A stretch of 32,328 nucleotides of DNA from an uncultured Methanosarcinales archaeon (GCA_964344235.1 CAYFMJ010000009.1:1-32328), one strand, 5' to 3'; counted from the first letter of the stretch, positions 8,372 through 16,993 are shown. Translations and numbers: made by a program. The notes: generated by a model not told the origin, from the sequence alone.

Positions 8372-8431
8372 TACCAACTCTTATGGCTGGGACATCTTTT
8401 ATGGAGCATTTTGAAATGAGTTCTTACAAAT

Positions 8432-10156
8432 TTGTCGTTACTGGGGGGGGCACAACCCTTGCAATCACTTTATGGTGATATTTGTTCTTCAGAGAATATT
8501 GAACTTGCCTTCAAGAAAGCGCGGAAAGGGAAAACTCTCAAACCGTATGTCATTGAGTTCGAGGAAGAACTCGAAAGGAATCTAGCTCAACTTCAGACAG
8601 AGCTTAAACTTTTATGCTACAAACCAATACCACTTGAGACATTTATTCTGCGTGATCCCAAGACACGTAAAATTAGCAAATCTGATTTTCGTGATCGTGT
8701 TGTCCATCACGCAATATGTAACGTTATTGAATCGTTCTTTGAGAAAGATTTCATAAATGATTCCTTTGCAAACCGAAAAGGCAAAGGAACATTTAATGCA
8801 CTCAAACGCTTTGAACAGTTTGCACGAAAAGTATCAAAGAACCATTCACAGGAATGTTATGTCTTAAAAGCTGATGTTCGGCATTATTTCGATACCGTTG
8901 ATCATGCTGTTCTTATTAAAATCCTTGAGAGAAAAATCACAGATGAGAAAGTGTTATGGCTCATCAAAGTTATTTTATCGAATCATAGAACTCAAACTGA
9001 TGGCAAAGGTATGCCACTTGGAAATCTGACATCCCAATTTTTTGCGAACGTGTATCTTAACGAGCTGGATCAATTTGTAAAGCATACCTTGAGAGCAAGA
9101 CACTACATTCGCTACGTAGATGACTTTGTAATCTTAGACACATCTCCCAAGTTACTTCTAGAGTACAAAGAGAAGATCAATCAATTCCTTACAACACGGC
9201 TGCTTCTAACACTTCATCCTGATAAATCAAGAGTGCTTCGGTTGTATGATGGCATTGCATTTCTTGGTATGCGAGTATTCCCTCATCATAAACGTATTCA
9301 AAAACGCAATATTCGCCGCTTTACAAAGAAGTTTACGATTCTTCGAAGAAAGCATCGCGATGGGAAAATTCTTCGTGAGAAAGCACTGGAACACTTTGAG
9401 GGTTGGCTTGCCTACACTTCTCATGCAAATACGTTCAAGTACCGTAAACATCTCGTAAGGATGTTTAATGATTTCTTTCCTCTTGAACTGCCTGTGCCAG
9501 TTCACCATACAAAGAAACATGAAAATTTCGTGAGAAAGGGCGAAGAATCTTCACTGCAATTTAGCGTTCAAAAAACACTACAACTCTTCAAACAAGAAAA
9601 ATCCATTCGGGAGATTTCAAGAATTCGAGCTGTTAAAGAGAGCACAGTCTGGGATCACCTTTCGAATTTGATTGAATTCAATCAACTTTCTGTATGGAAG
9701 GTTCTTGGTAAGGAAAAAGCAAAGTTGATTCTCTCCAAAATAAGTTCTGAAAATGATTCATTAAAAATAATTAAAAGCAGAATCTCAAATAAGGATATTA
9801 CATATGATGAAATTCAATGCGCTCTGGCGTATGTTAAGAGTAAAAATAGAGCAAAGCACATTCATCACCACATTAAGTGGTATAAACAAGTTCATTGCTT
9901 GAGAAAATGCTTCTTCAACAAAGCTCAACGAAGAGAGTGTGCGAAGAAGTTTGATTTGCTTCAATCAAATCAACCAGACTTGAACTTGAAGCGAGACGAT
10001 TTTATTGATTTATTTAACAATCATCTCACAATTTGTGTTCTTCCTGATAAGGAAAAGAGAGGGTATATCTCATGGGAGCAATTTAGGAAAATAAAAGCTC
10101 TTGTAGTGAAGAAAATAAGAGGAAGCGTTACCTTCCCCACCAGTACCAAGCCCTAA
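8432..10156 (+). CDS. DGR reverse transcriptase with C-terminal HTH_40-like domain and Cys/His-containing tail
   Basis: LY..I.S.ENI..AF.KARKGK; PK.R.I....FRDRVVHHA; SFANRKGKGT; LKADVRHYFDTVDH; GMPLGNLTSQFFANVYL; YVDD at 9113-9124; FLG. Start uncertain (TTG 8432, TTG 8459, or an upstream ATG out of frame across the G8 run). Confidence 0.95.
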   Translation: MSLLGGAQPLQSLYGDICSSENIELAFKKARKGKTLKPYVIEFEEELERNLAQLQTELKLLCYKPIPLETFILRDPKTRKISKSDFRDRVVHHAICNVIESFFEKDFINDSFANRKGKGTFNALKRFEQFARKVSKNHSQECYVLKADVRHYFDTVDHAVLIKILERKITDEKVLWLIKVILSNHRTQTDGKGMPLGNLTSQFFANVYLNELDQFVKHTLRARHYIRYVDDFVILDTSPKLLLEYKEKINQFLTTRLLLTLHPDKSRVLRLYDGIAFLGMRVFPHHKRIQKRNIRRFTKKFTILRRKHRDGKILREKALEHFEGWLAYTSHANTFKYRKHLVRMFNDFFPLELPVPVHHTKKHENFVRKGEESSLQFSVQKTLQLFKQEKSIREISRIRAVKESTVWDHLSNLIEFNQLSVWKVLGKEKAKLILSKISSENDSLKIIKSRISNKDITYDEIQCALAYVKSKNRAKHIHHHIKWYKQVHCLRKCFFNKAQRRECAKKFDLLQSNQPDLNLKRDDFIDLFNNHLTICVLPDKEKRGYISWEQFRKIKALVVKKIRGSVTFPTSTKP

Positions 10157-10174
10157 GTTTTCGCCTTAGGAATT

Positions 10175-12202
10175 CTACAATAAAGCAGCAATATACTTAG
10201 CTGCTCGTCCGATGTCATCTTTCAATGATGTGTTTACTGCTCTTTTGATTGCAAATTTTGTCACTAACCACAATGTGTAATTGACAATCATAAAACAGGC
10301 AATCACGATGAACGTTTTCATGTTGGAAAACGTTTCCATTTCTAACAATTTGGAACAAGCTAGAATTATGAGTAAATCAAAAAATGTAATGAACATCATT
10401 AACAGATGTAAATTCATAATGAAGCGACCATACGGTTTTAATGGTGGTACGTAAAAGCAGAAGATGCCAATAGGAAAGAATATGACGCCCAAGCAAATGA
10501 CAATATACCTAAACAATAAGAAGAATATAGTTCCGAGCAATGTAAACACATAAATCATGCTCGTAAGAATCCACATCCCTACATTCAAGATATTATCTGC
10601 AGGTAACAGAAAGAATGTTGGGTCAATCATGCCAACTATCACGGAACTCATATTCACACTAATATCTAACAGTGAATCGTAAATATAATATGATCCATTA
10701 ATCAAGATAATCATTAGAATAGTATCTTTCAGTAATTCTTTTGCATGTGCCCTCTTAATAGGATCAACATTTGACAATAATAATGTATACCCAGCATAGA
10801 TGAAAAAGAAAATGTAGAAGAAACTGAGGATATACGTTATGATTGACCACACTCCTTTAAACAGATGAATAGCAACGTCTGCAAATAATAATTTGTATGC
10901 GATTGCTAATAATGGAGCAATTGGAGCGTTGAATAATAAAAGTAAAAAGTCTTGCAATGTATCTTGCACGCAACTGCCTAAATTTGTGATTGAACACTCT
11001 TTCTCTTCTGCTATCGCTGTTGGGAGAAGTAATAATAAAAGTAGGATTGGTAAGATTATTTTCTTGGCTTGAGATTTGAGAAGTTTGTAAATGATGTAAC
11101 ATACTCCAAGAAAGATAAGAATATACCACAACAAGTTAAGATTAACATCTCTTTTCTCTATTGTAATTGCTTCGTGCTCTTGTGAAGTATTAACCAAGTT
11201 GCAATCTTCTGAATATTTACTAAAGTGATCTTGAACTGTGACTAAGCAAGTGTTGATATTTTTCAGATAGAATGTATTTCCATCAATGTAAATATTATCA
11301 GCTTTGGTGAGGTCAACTTCTTTTGCTTCTAGAAACGCTATATGCAGTGGTTGTTTTTCAAAGACAACACTATATGTGTAATGTTGTTTTGTTAGGCGAG
11401 AATCCTCAAAGTCCAACGTAAACGTACTATAATTCCCAACAGAAAACTCTCCTTTTGTGGTGTTTGAATATTGATCTATTATTGCAACATCGAAGATTGG
11501 TTTCTGATCATACAGCGTTACATCTCTACTCTCACTTATCGCCAAACTATCATAACCATAGGATGTGTGATGGTACTTGCAGAACCACTTCTTCTTTCCC
11601 CAACTCCATTTCTGTTGCCACCAGTAATGTTTAACCTCGATTTCAACATTGATTGTCAGTTCTGATCTAATCTCTCCAGAAGAATCTATGTTTAATATCT
11701 CTGATGTACCTCTATACTCGTCATTAAAGTAATAATTAACCTCTGCGCTGTTGCTTTGCAGTGAGTACGTTCTTTGACAATCGCCATTACTGTTTTGTGG
11801 ATACGAGTTAGCGTAGTAATTTTGCGGTAGCTGCACATCATAATCATAATCACTATGCACTTGCGTCAGAGCAGTAACAAATAACTCATCGTCAACATAC
11901 ACTGATGGAGATAGCCATGAGAATGAAATCCATGCGTTTTTGATGTATGCAGAACTCTTTGTGTTACTGTTGTATGGTTTAGATGAAACATCAATATTGC
12001 CATTATATTTTTTGATGACGTTATGGTTGGGAGTTGATGATTCTGGATACAGTAATGCTGAGTAAACAGCATCTTTATTCACAACATCAGAAGTTTGAAC
12101 AGAATAACAATAGTCTTGCTCTGAAACCAGAGAACAATCAAAAGAAAGGACTGCTGGGAGTAATAAAACAAACAGAACTCCCAGAAGTATTATTTTTCTC
12201 AT
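10175..12202 (-). CDS. Large membrane protein: secreted N-terminal domain fused to a VirB6/TrbL-like multi-TM domain
   Basis: Start at ATG 12202 (MRKIILLG..., signal peptide; ATGA overlap with the pilin stop). The C-terminal ~280 aa has about six hydrophobic helices, with FFLLFRYIVICLGVIFFPIGIFCFYVP resembling VirB6/TrbL. Confidence 0.72.
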   Translation of the reverse strand: MRKIILLGVLFVLLLPAVLSFDCSLVSEQDYCYSVQTSDVVNKDAVYSALLYPESSTPNHNVIKKYNGNIDVSSKPYNSNTKSSAYIKNAWISFSWLSPSVYVDDELFVTALTQVHSDYDYDVQLPQNYYANSYPQNSNGDCQRTYSLQSNSAEVNYYFNDEYRGTSEILNIDSSGEIRSELTINVEIEVKHYWWQQKWSWGKKKWFCKYHHTSYGYDSLAISESRDVTLYDQKPIFDVAIIDQYSNTTKGEFSVGNYSTFTLDFEDSRLTKQHYTYSVVFEKQPLHIAFLEAKEVDLTKADNIYIDGNTFYLKNINTCLVTVQDHFSKYSEDCNLVNTSQEHEAITIEKRDVNLNLLWYILIFLGVCYIIYKLLKSQAKKIILPILLLLLLLPTAIAEEKECSITNLGSCVQDTLQDFLLLLFNAPIAPLLAIAYKLLFADVAIHLFKGVWSIITYILSFFYIFFFIYAGYTLLLSNVDPIKRAHAKELLKDTILMIILINGSYYIYDSLLDISVNMSSVIVGMIDPTFFLLPADNILNVGMWILTSMIYVFTLLGTIFFLLFRYIVICLGVIFFPIGIFCFYVPPLKPYGRFIMNLHLLMMFITFFDLLIILACSKLLEMETFSNMKTFIVIACFMIVNYTLWLVTKFAIKRAVNTSLKDDIGRAAKYIAALL

Positions 12203-12525
12203 GAGAATATCAGCTTCACAATCAACGGTGCAACCCAAATCACAATTAAACCAATCACAACGCCGCCAATCATATGTTTTGCTCGGTCTTTCTTTGCAGT
12301 CTCAGCGCCAGCGGTGATAAACGATACTCCCGCAAAGACAACCATTAACACGCCAATAATTGTCGCTGCGTATTTTAAGATGTTATATACTTTCATCACT
12401 GGTTCTAAGATTGTGTCTACTTGTTGTTCCTCTTCATCACTTAAACCAGAATCAAAGTCAAGCTCAGCCAATGTTATTGGTACAACCAACAGTGCCAATA
12501 AGAATAAAGGCAGAATCCATTTCAT
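12199..12525 (-). CDS. VirB2/TrbC-like pilin
   Basis: 108 aa with a signal peptide, then IIGVLMVVFAGVSFITAG-AETAKKDRAKHMIGGVVIGLIVIWVAPLIV (two TM helices with a basic loop), the typical T4SS pilin pattern. Confidence 0.82.
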   Translation of the reverse strand: MKWILPLFLLALLVVPITLAELDFDSGLSDEEEQQVDTILEPVMKVYNILKYAATIIGVLMVVFAGVSFITAGAETAKKDRAKHMIGGVVIGLIVIWVAPLIVKLIFS

Positions 12526-12770
12526 TGTATATTACCTCCAAAGTTTTTTTCAAATACAGAACTAAGAAGGGAAGGCTCTTCCTCTTGAGGTGGAGCAACT
12601 GGTAAGAGAGGAGTGTTATCAGAAATAGATCTCACGTCAGTTTGCTTTTTCTCAGGAAGAACCTTCCGTTGGGTTACTAATTTAACAATAAGTACGATAA
12701 TCAAAATTATCTCTGTAACAAATATTGAGATAATTACTCCTACAATAATTCCAATAATAAAATCAGACAC
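12522..12770 (-). CDS. Small single-TM hypothetical protein
   Basis: 82 aa with a long N-terminal hydrophobic helix; overlaps both neighbours (translational coupling). Confidence 0.7.
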   Translation of the reverse strand: MSDFIIGIIVGVIISIFVTEIILIIVLIVKLVTQRKVLPEKKQTDVRSISDNTPLLPVAPPQEEEPSLLSSVFEKNFGGNIQ

Positions 12771-13668
12771 AATACATCACCTCTTTTAGATTTGTTGCTA
12801 ACGATTGAGCAAGGAGAGGAGGGACAGCATTGCCGATCTGCTTAACCATTGAAGTCTTAGAACCTTTGAAATGAAACGAATCGGGAAATGATTGCAGCCG
12901 AGCTAATTCTCGAGGCGTGAGAAAGCGATCGTAATACGGATGAATGAAAATGGGTTTCGTGGTAATAGTTTTCGATGGTTTATCGGCACATAGCCTCTGC
13001 CGTGAAAAGTTGTATTTGTTGCATAACTTCTCACCCTGCTTGAGCCCTTTTATTCTTTCTTGTACTTTTGGCGAAGTCTCAAAGAACAAGTGAGCATTGT
13101 GAGGCAAGTCGGAGAGAGATTCAATGACAGTTTTCTCTCTTGTCTTTCTAAGATTAAAGACCGGAAGTTTAATACCAATGATGAAGAGTCTTTTTCGTCT
13201 TTGTGGCACGCCATAATCGGAAGCGGTCAAGACAGAGAATGAAACAAAGTATCCTAATTGTATGAAATCTTGAACGATTTTATCAATAACTTTCCTGCCA
13301 TCATAATCGTTCATACTGAGAAGTCCCTGCACATTTTCCATAACAACTGCTTTTGGTTGGATAATACGGACGAAACGCAGGTATTCTTTGTAGAGCTGGT
13401 TTCGTATATCTTTGGAGTTGCGTTTACCACATAAAGAGAAGCCTTGACAGGGAGGCCCACCAACAATAATATCAGCTTTGTATTGAGCAATGACGGAATC
13501 AGATATCTTAGTAATGTCAGTTCCGATATGAACTGCGTTGCGATGATTTTCTTTATATGTTTCAATAGCTGGTTTCCAATTTTCCACAAAACCAATAATC
13601 TCAAACCCAGCTCGTTCAAAACCAGAACTAAATCCGCCGCAGCCAGCAAAGAGGTCTAACACTTTCAT
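12763..13668 (-). CDS. dcm: DNA (cytosine-5)-methyltransferase
   Basis: DLFAGCGG (motif I), GGPPCQGFS (IV), ENV (VI), QRRKRLF (VIII), RELARLQSFPD (IX), QIGNAVPP (X). Confidence 0.95.
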   Translation of the reverse strand: MKVLDLFAGCGGFSSGFERAGFEIIGFVENWKPAIETYKENHRNAVHIGTDITKISDSVIAQYKADIIVGGPPCQGFSLCGKRNSKDIRNQLYKEYLRFVRIIQPKAVVMENVQGLLSMNDYDGRKVIDKIVQDFIQLGYFVSFSVLTASDYGVPQRRKRLFIIGIKLPVFNLRKTREKTVIESLSDLPHNAHLFFETSPKVQERIKGLKQGEKLCNKYNFSRQRLCADKPSKTITTKPIFIHPYYDRFLTPRELARLQSFPDSFHFKGSKTSMVKQIGNAVPPLLAQSLATNLKEVMYCV

Positions 13669-13793
13669 TGGTATACCCTCCGGTGTGTCTCCTCAGCTTC
13701 CGCTGCTCTGTCCTTGTATTTTCTTTCCAGAAATAAACGACAGTCTTCACAAATTTCATCAAGTTGTTTTCCACAGATAGTACATGTTGCCAT
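13665..13793 (-). CDS. Small zinc-finger protein (42 aa)
   Basis: MATCTICGKQLDEICEDCR with two CxxC motifs; ATGA overlap with dcm. ATG 13793 is preferred over the ORF-track start at 13850. Confidence 0.6.
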   Translation of the reverse strand: MATCTICGKQLDEICEDCRLFLERKYKDRAAEAEETHRRVYQ

Positions 13794-13920
13794 GAAAAAC
13801 TGGCAGATTAGAAAATATAAATAGCACCGAGGGAAAAATAAAGTATTCAAAAAATACTTTTACAGCGATATACAGAAAATTTATCATAAAATATATAACT
13901 AAAGTCTTGATCCAGTTGTT

Positions 13921-14244
13921 ATGACAAACGATTTTTATTGTGATGAAGTGTTTAGTGGTAAAACCGAAGTGAATAAAGTTGTTGAGACAGATAATGTTTT
14001 AGCATATTATCATACAAAGCCGCATTGGCCAACACACATCGTAGTTGTCCCAAAACAACATATAAACTCCCTCTTGACCATCAGAGATGATTCATTACTT
14101 ATAGAAATTATGAGTGTCATAAAGAAAGTAGCAGATAAAGTGAACAAAGAAGAAGGATCTTGTCGAGTTTTGACTAATCTTGGAACGTATCAAGATTCAA
14201 AACACCTGCACTTTCATGTTTGCTCTGGAGATGAATCAAAATGA
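13921..14244 (+). CDS. HIT family protein
   Basis: HIVVVPKQH and HLHFH histidine triad. Confidence 0.92.
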   Translation: MTNDFYCDEVFSGKTEVNKVVETDNVLAYYHTKPHWPTHIVVVPKQHINSLLTIRDDSLLIEIMSVIKKVADKVNKEEGSCRVLTNLGTYQDSKHLHFHVCSGDESK

Positions 14245-14843
14245 TAAAAGCTATCATTTATGATATGGATGGGATGCTCTTTAAGGAGCCACATTTCTTT
14301 ACAAAAGAGATGGAAATTAGATATGGCATCCCAATAAAAGACTCTTTGTTTTCAAAAGATCCAAAATATGATGAATGTAAGAAAGGCAATATTACTCTTA
14401 ATGAATTCCTGGCTCCCTATTATGAGAAATGGAAAGAGTATCCAAGATTTACACTTAATATTGAAGAAGTAAAGAAAGAATGGTTTAACTTTACAGAAAT
14501 ACAGAAAGAAATTCTTGAAGTTGCTAAAACTTTGAAAAAGAAAGGGATATTGAACATAATTATTACAAATAATGTAAAAGAAAGAACAGATTACTTGCAA
14601 GAAAAATACAATCTCTCAGAAATTTTTGAGATTATTGGCAGTCCAGATTTGGGCGTACTTAAACCAAATAGTAAATTCTATGACGTATTAAAAGACCGAT
14701 TCAATTTGGATCCAGAGGATATTCTTTATTACGATGATAAAGAAGGAACAATCTCTGAATTAAAGAAACAAGGTTTCAATGCTTTGGTTTATCGAGGTGT
14801 TGAAGAATTCAGAGAAGAGTTAAAAAGTATTTCGGTCCTTTAG
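14241..14843 (+). CDS. HAD-superfamily phosphatase
   Basis: IIYDMDGML (motif I), ITNN, LKP, YYDDK. Confidence 0.9.
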   Translation: MIKAIIYDMDGMLFKEPHFFTKEMEIRYGIPIKDSLFSKDPKYDECKKGNITLNEFLAPYYEKWKEYPRFTLNIEEVKKEWFNFTEIQKEILEVAKTLKKKGILNIIITNNVKERTDYLQEKYNLSEIFEIIGSPDLGVLKPNSKFYDVLKDRFNLDPEDILYYDDKEGTISELKKQGFNALVYRGVEEFREELKSISVL

Positions 14844-14845
14844 AA

Positions 14846-15550
14846 TCACTTCTTAGCATACACCAACGCTGTGTTAAACTTTCTATAAACTACATCTACT
14901 TGGCTAAATCCCACTCCTTCAAGCCATTTCACTTGACTCTTGAGTGGTGCAAGCCTGTTAAGTCTTTTGTGGTGATCTTTCCATTCTCTGTACGATTCTT
15001 CATCTCGGGCATTTCTTTTGAGATACCTAAAATGCCTAAATTGGTTCCACCACGCTTTTATTGGATTCCTATACGTAACTAAATCACCAAAGATAAAAGC
15101 TCCACCCTCATCTGACGATTCGTAAATTCTCTGAAAAAGTCTCTTTTTATCCTCGTCGGTCTCTTGATGATGAATGCCGACTACAGAAACAACGAGATCG
15201 TTATCTTCTGAGAGTTTAACCAATGAATAATCTCCATTTACAAATGTCACATTGTACTGAGCTAAACGTCGCCTTGCTCCAGCAAGCATTTGTTCAGAGA
15301 AGTCAACTGCTGTATATTCTGCGTGTGGTCTTCTCTTAAGTATTCTTTCTGCTGTTAATCCCGTACCCACACCCAACTCTAAAATTCCAAGTTGTTCTGG
15401 CAAAGATTCTACTAATTGATCAATATGCCTATGTAATTCTTCATGGCCTGGAATAGAGCGGACAATGTCGTCATCATATTTCTCTGTTTCATAATGGTCA
15501 TAGTTCAACTCCTCGGGGTTAACATTAGTTGCCATTATCTTCTCATCCAC
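14846..15550 (-). CDS. Class I SAM-dependent methyltransferase
   Basis: ILELGVGTG, AVDFSEQML, NGDY, VGIHH, GGAFIFGD. The start could be ATG 15535. Confidence 0.9.
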   Translation of the reverse strand: MDEKIMATNVNPEELNYDHYETEKYDDDIVRSIPGHEELHRHIDQLVESLPEQLGILELGVGTGLTAERILKRRPHAEYTAVDFSEQMLAGARRRLAQYNVTFVNGDYSLVKLSEDNDLVVSVVGIHHQETDEDKKRLFQRIYESSDEGGAFIFGDLVTYRNPIKAWWNQFRHFRYLKRNARDEESYREWKDHHKRLNRLAPLKSQVKWLEGVGFSQVDVVYRKFNTALVYAKK

Positions 15551-16896
15551 ATTCCTGTGGGGGTATCTCGTTCGTACATCTGTGAATAATGTTCAATACC
15601 ATTCTGAGTAATTTCATCAACAGCAGAGACTAATCGTGTAACGTCCTCTTGACTATTCACCAATCCAAAACTCGCTCTCACAACTCCAGGAATATTTCTC
15701 GTAATCCCTTTGTCAATCTCTCCAGAAATTATTTGATCATCTTCATCAGAAATCCCTTTCATCTTCCGCATCAATTCGTAAGTACAAAACGATCCTGCCC
15801 TTACTCCGATCCCATAATCATCTCTAAGAATTTCCGCAGTTAACCTACTATCAATCCCCTCAATGTCAAAAGGAATAACACTTCCCAGTTCTGATTCTGA
15901 AACATAAACTTCTACGCCATCAACTTGTTTTAATCCCCTAAAAGCAGTTCCAACTAAATCTGACTCATATTTGTGAATCCTATCATAACCAATTGATTCT
16001 AAGACTTCAGTTGCTTTAGCGATAGAAATTGCTCCTACTGCATTAGGTGTTCCAGGATCATGAGCCTGAACCGTAGGAAATCTCTTTAGTTGTAAATCTC
16101 TTGAGATGTATGTAAGGTTACCTCCACCAATCTGATACGGTGTTGCTTGATCAAAAAATTCTTTAGGTCCAATAAGAACGCCACCGCCAAATGGGGCATA
16201 CATTTTATGTCCCGAAAAAGCAACGAAATCCAAGTGCCTAGAATCATCGTTTGGTAAAACATCCACTCTCTGGTGCTGAATTAACTGACAAGCATCAACT
16301 AAAATCATTGCTCCATACTTATGAGCAAGTTCTGCTAAATCATGAATTGGTGGTTTATATCCCGTAACATTCGAACTACCTGTGATTGTTAGAAGTTTTA
16401 TGTCTTCGTGCGCTTTGAACATCTCTTCAACATCTTCAAGACTTAATGTTCCGTTTGATTTTGTTCTGTACTGAACTACTTCATTCCCAACTAACCAAGG
16501 AAGTAAATTAGAAGAATGTTCAATATCAGAAACGAGGACTTTTCCCGATATTGTTGACCATAATTGTGCAGCATGATTAATGGCTTCAGTAGTATTTTTT
16601 GTAAAAACAACGTAACTATCCAAAGAAGCTCCTGTAAATCGCTGAATCCTATCTCTAGCTTCCTCATAACTTTGAGTAGATGTTCTTGATCTCTGCCCTG
16701 AACCTCTATGAACACTTCCATATGTTCTCAAAAATTCAGCAACAGCATCACTAACGGCGGAAAAAGGGATCGTAGTGGCAGCATTATCTAAGTTAACGTC
16801 TCTTACTATTCCTCTTGTAGTTTCTACTAAGAGTTCTAAGCTACCTTCTGGGAAAAGTGGCTTAATCTCTTCCCCCCAATTAATTTGTCTTTTCAT
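15535..16896 (-). CDS. PLP-dependent class V aminotransferase (cysteine desulfurase/selenocysteine lyase-like)
   Basis: LDNAATT, FTKNTTEAIN, EHSSNLLPW, VDACQ, FSGHKMYAPFG, GTPN, VRAGSFC. Confidence 0.9.
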   Translation of the reverse strand: MKRQINWGEEIKPLFPEGSLELLVETTRGIVRDVNLDNAATTIPFSAVSDAVAEFLRTYGSVHRGSGQRSRTSTQSYEEARDRIQRFTGASLDSYVVFTKNTTEAINHAAQLWSTISGKVLVSDIEHSSNLLPWLVGNEVVQYRTKSNGTLSLEDVEEMFKAHEDIKLLTITGSSNVTGYKPPIHDLAELAHKYGAMILVDACQLIQHQRVDVLPNDDSRHLDFVAFSGHKMYAPFGGGVLIGPKEFFDQATPYQIGGGNLTYISRDLQLKRFPTVQAHDPGTPNAVGAISIAKATEVLESIGYDRIHKYESDLVGTAFRGLKQVDGVEVYVSESELGSVIPFDIEGIDSRLTAEILRDDYGIGVRAGSFCTYELMRKMKGISDEDDQIISGEIDKGITRNIPGVVRASFGLVNSQEDVTRLVSAVDEITQNGIEHYSQMYERDTPTGMWMRR

Positions 16897-16993
16897 AGTA
16901 GTGATTTCAAGTAGAGGATATATAAATCTGGTCTCCCCCTTAGTGGGTTACTGAAGGAAAACTTAATAAAGAAAGAAGCATATTTACAGTAAA

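Larger units (their letters stand above)
7211..10156 (+). mobile_element. Diversity-generating retroelement (target-VR / TR / RT), no avd in the cassette
   Basis: TR/VR pair with adenine-specific mismatches, GC hairpin directly after VR, and an adjacent RT with DGR-type motifs. Confidence 0.96.

Noticed and set aside
8159-8419. 86-aa Asn-rich ORF as a gene or as Avd
   Set aside because: It is the TR read in frame. The Asn run reflects AAY codons and there is no helical-bundle signature.
8432-10156. RT as group II intron, retron or CRISPR-associated RT
   Set aside because: The LGNLTSQ motif, adjacent TR/VR pair and homing hairpin indicate a DGR. No intron domain V, msr/msd or cas genes were seen.
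7121-10174. Target-site duplication or terminal repeats around the DGR
   Set aside because: No convincing direct or inverted match between 7121-7210 and 10157-10174 was found by eye.
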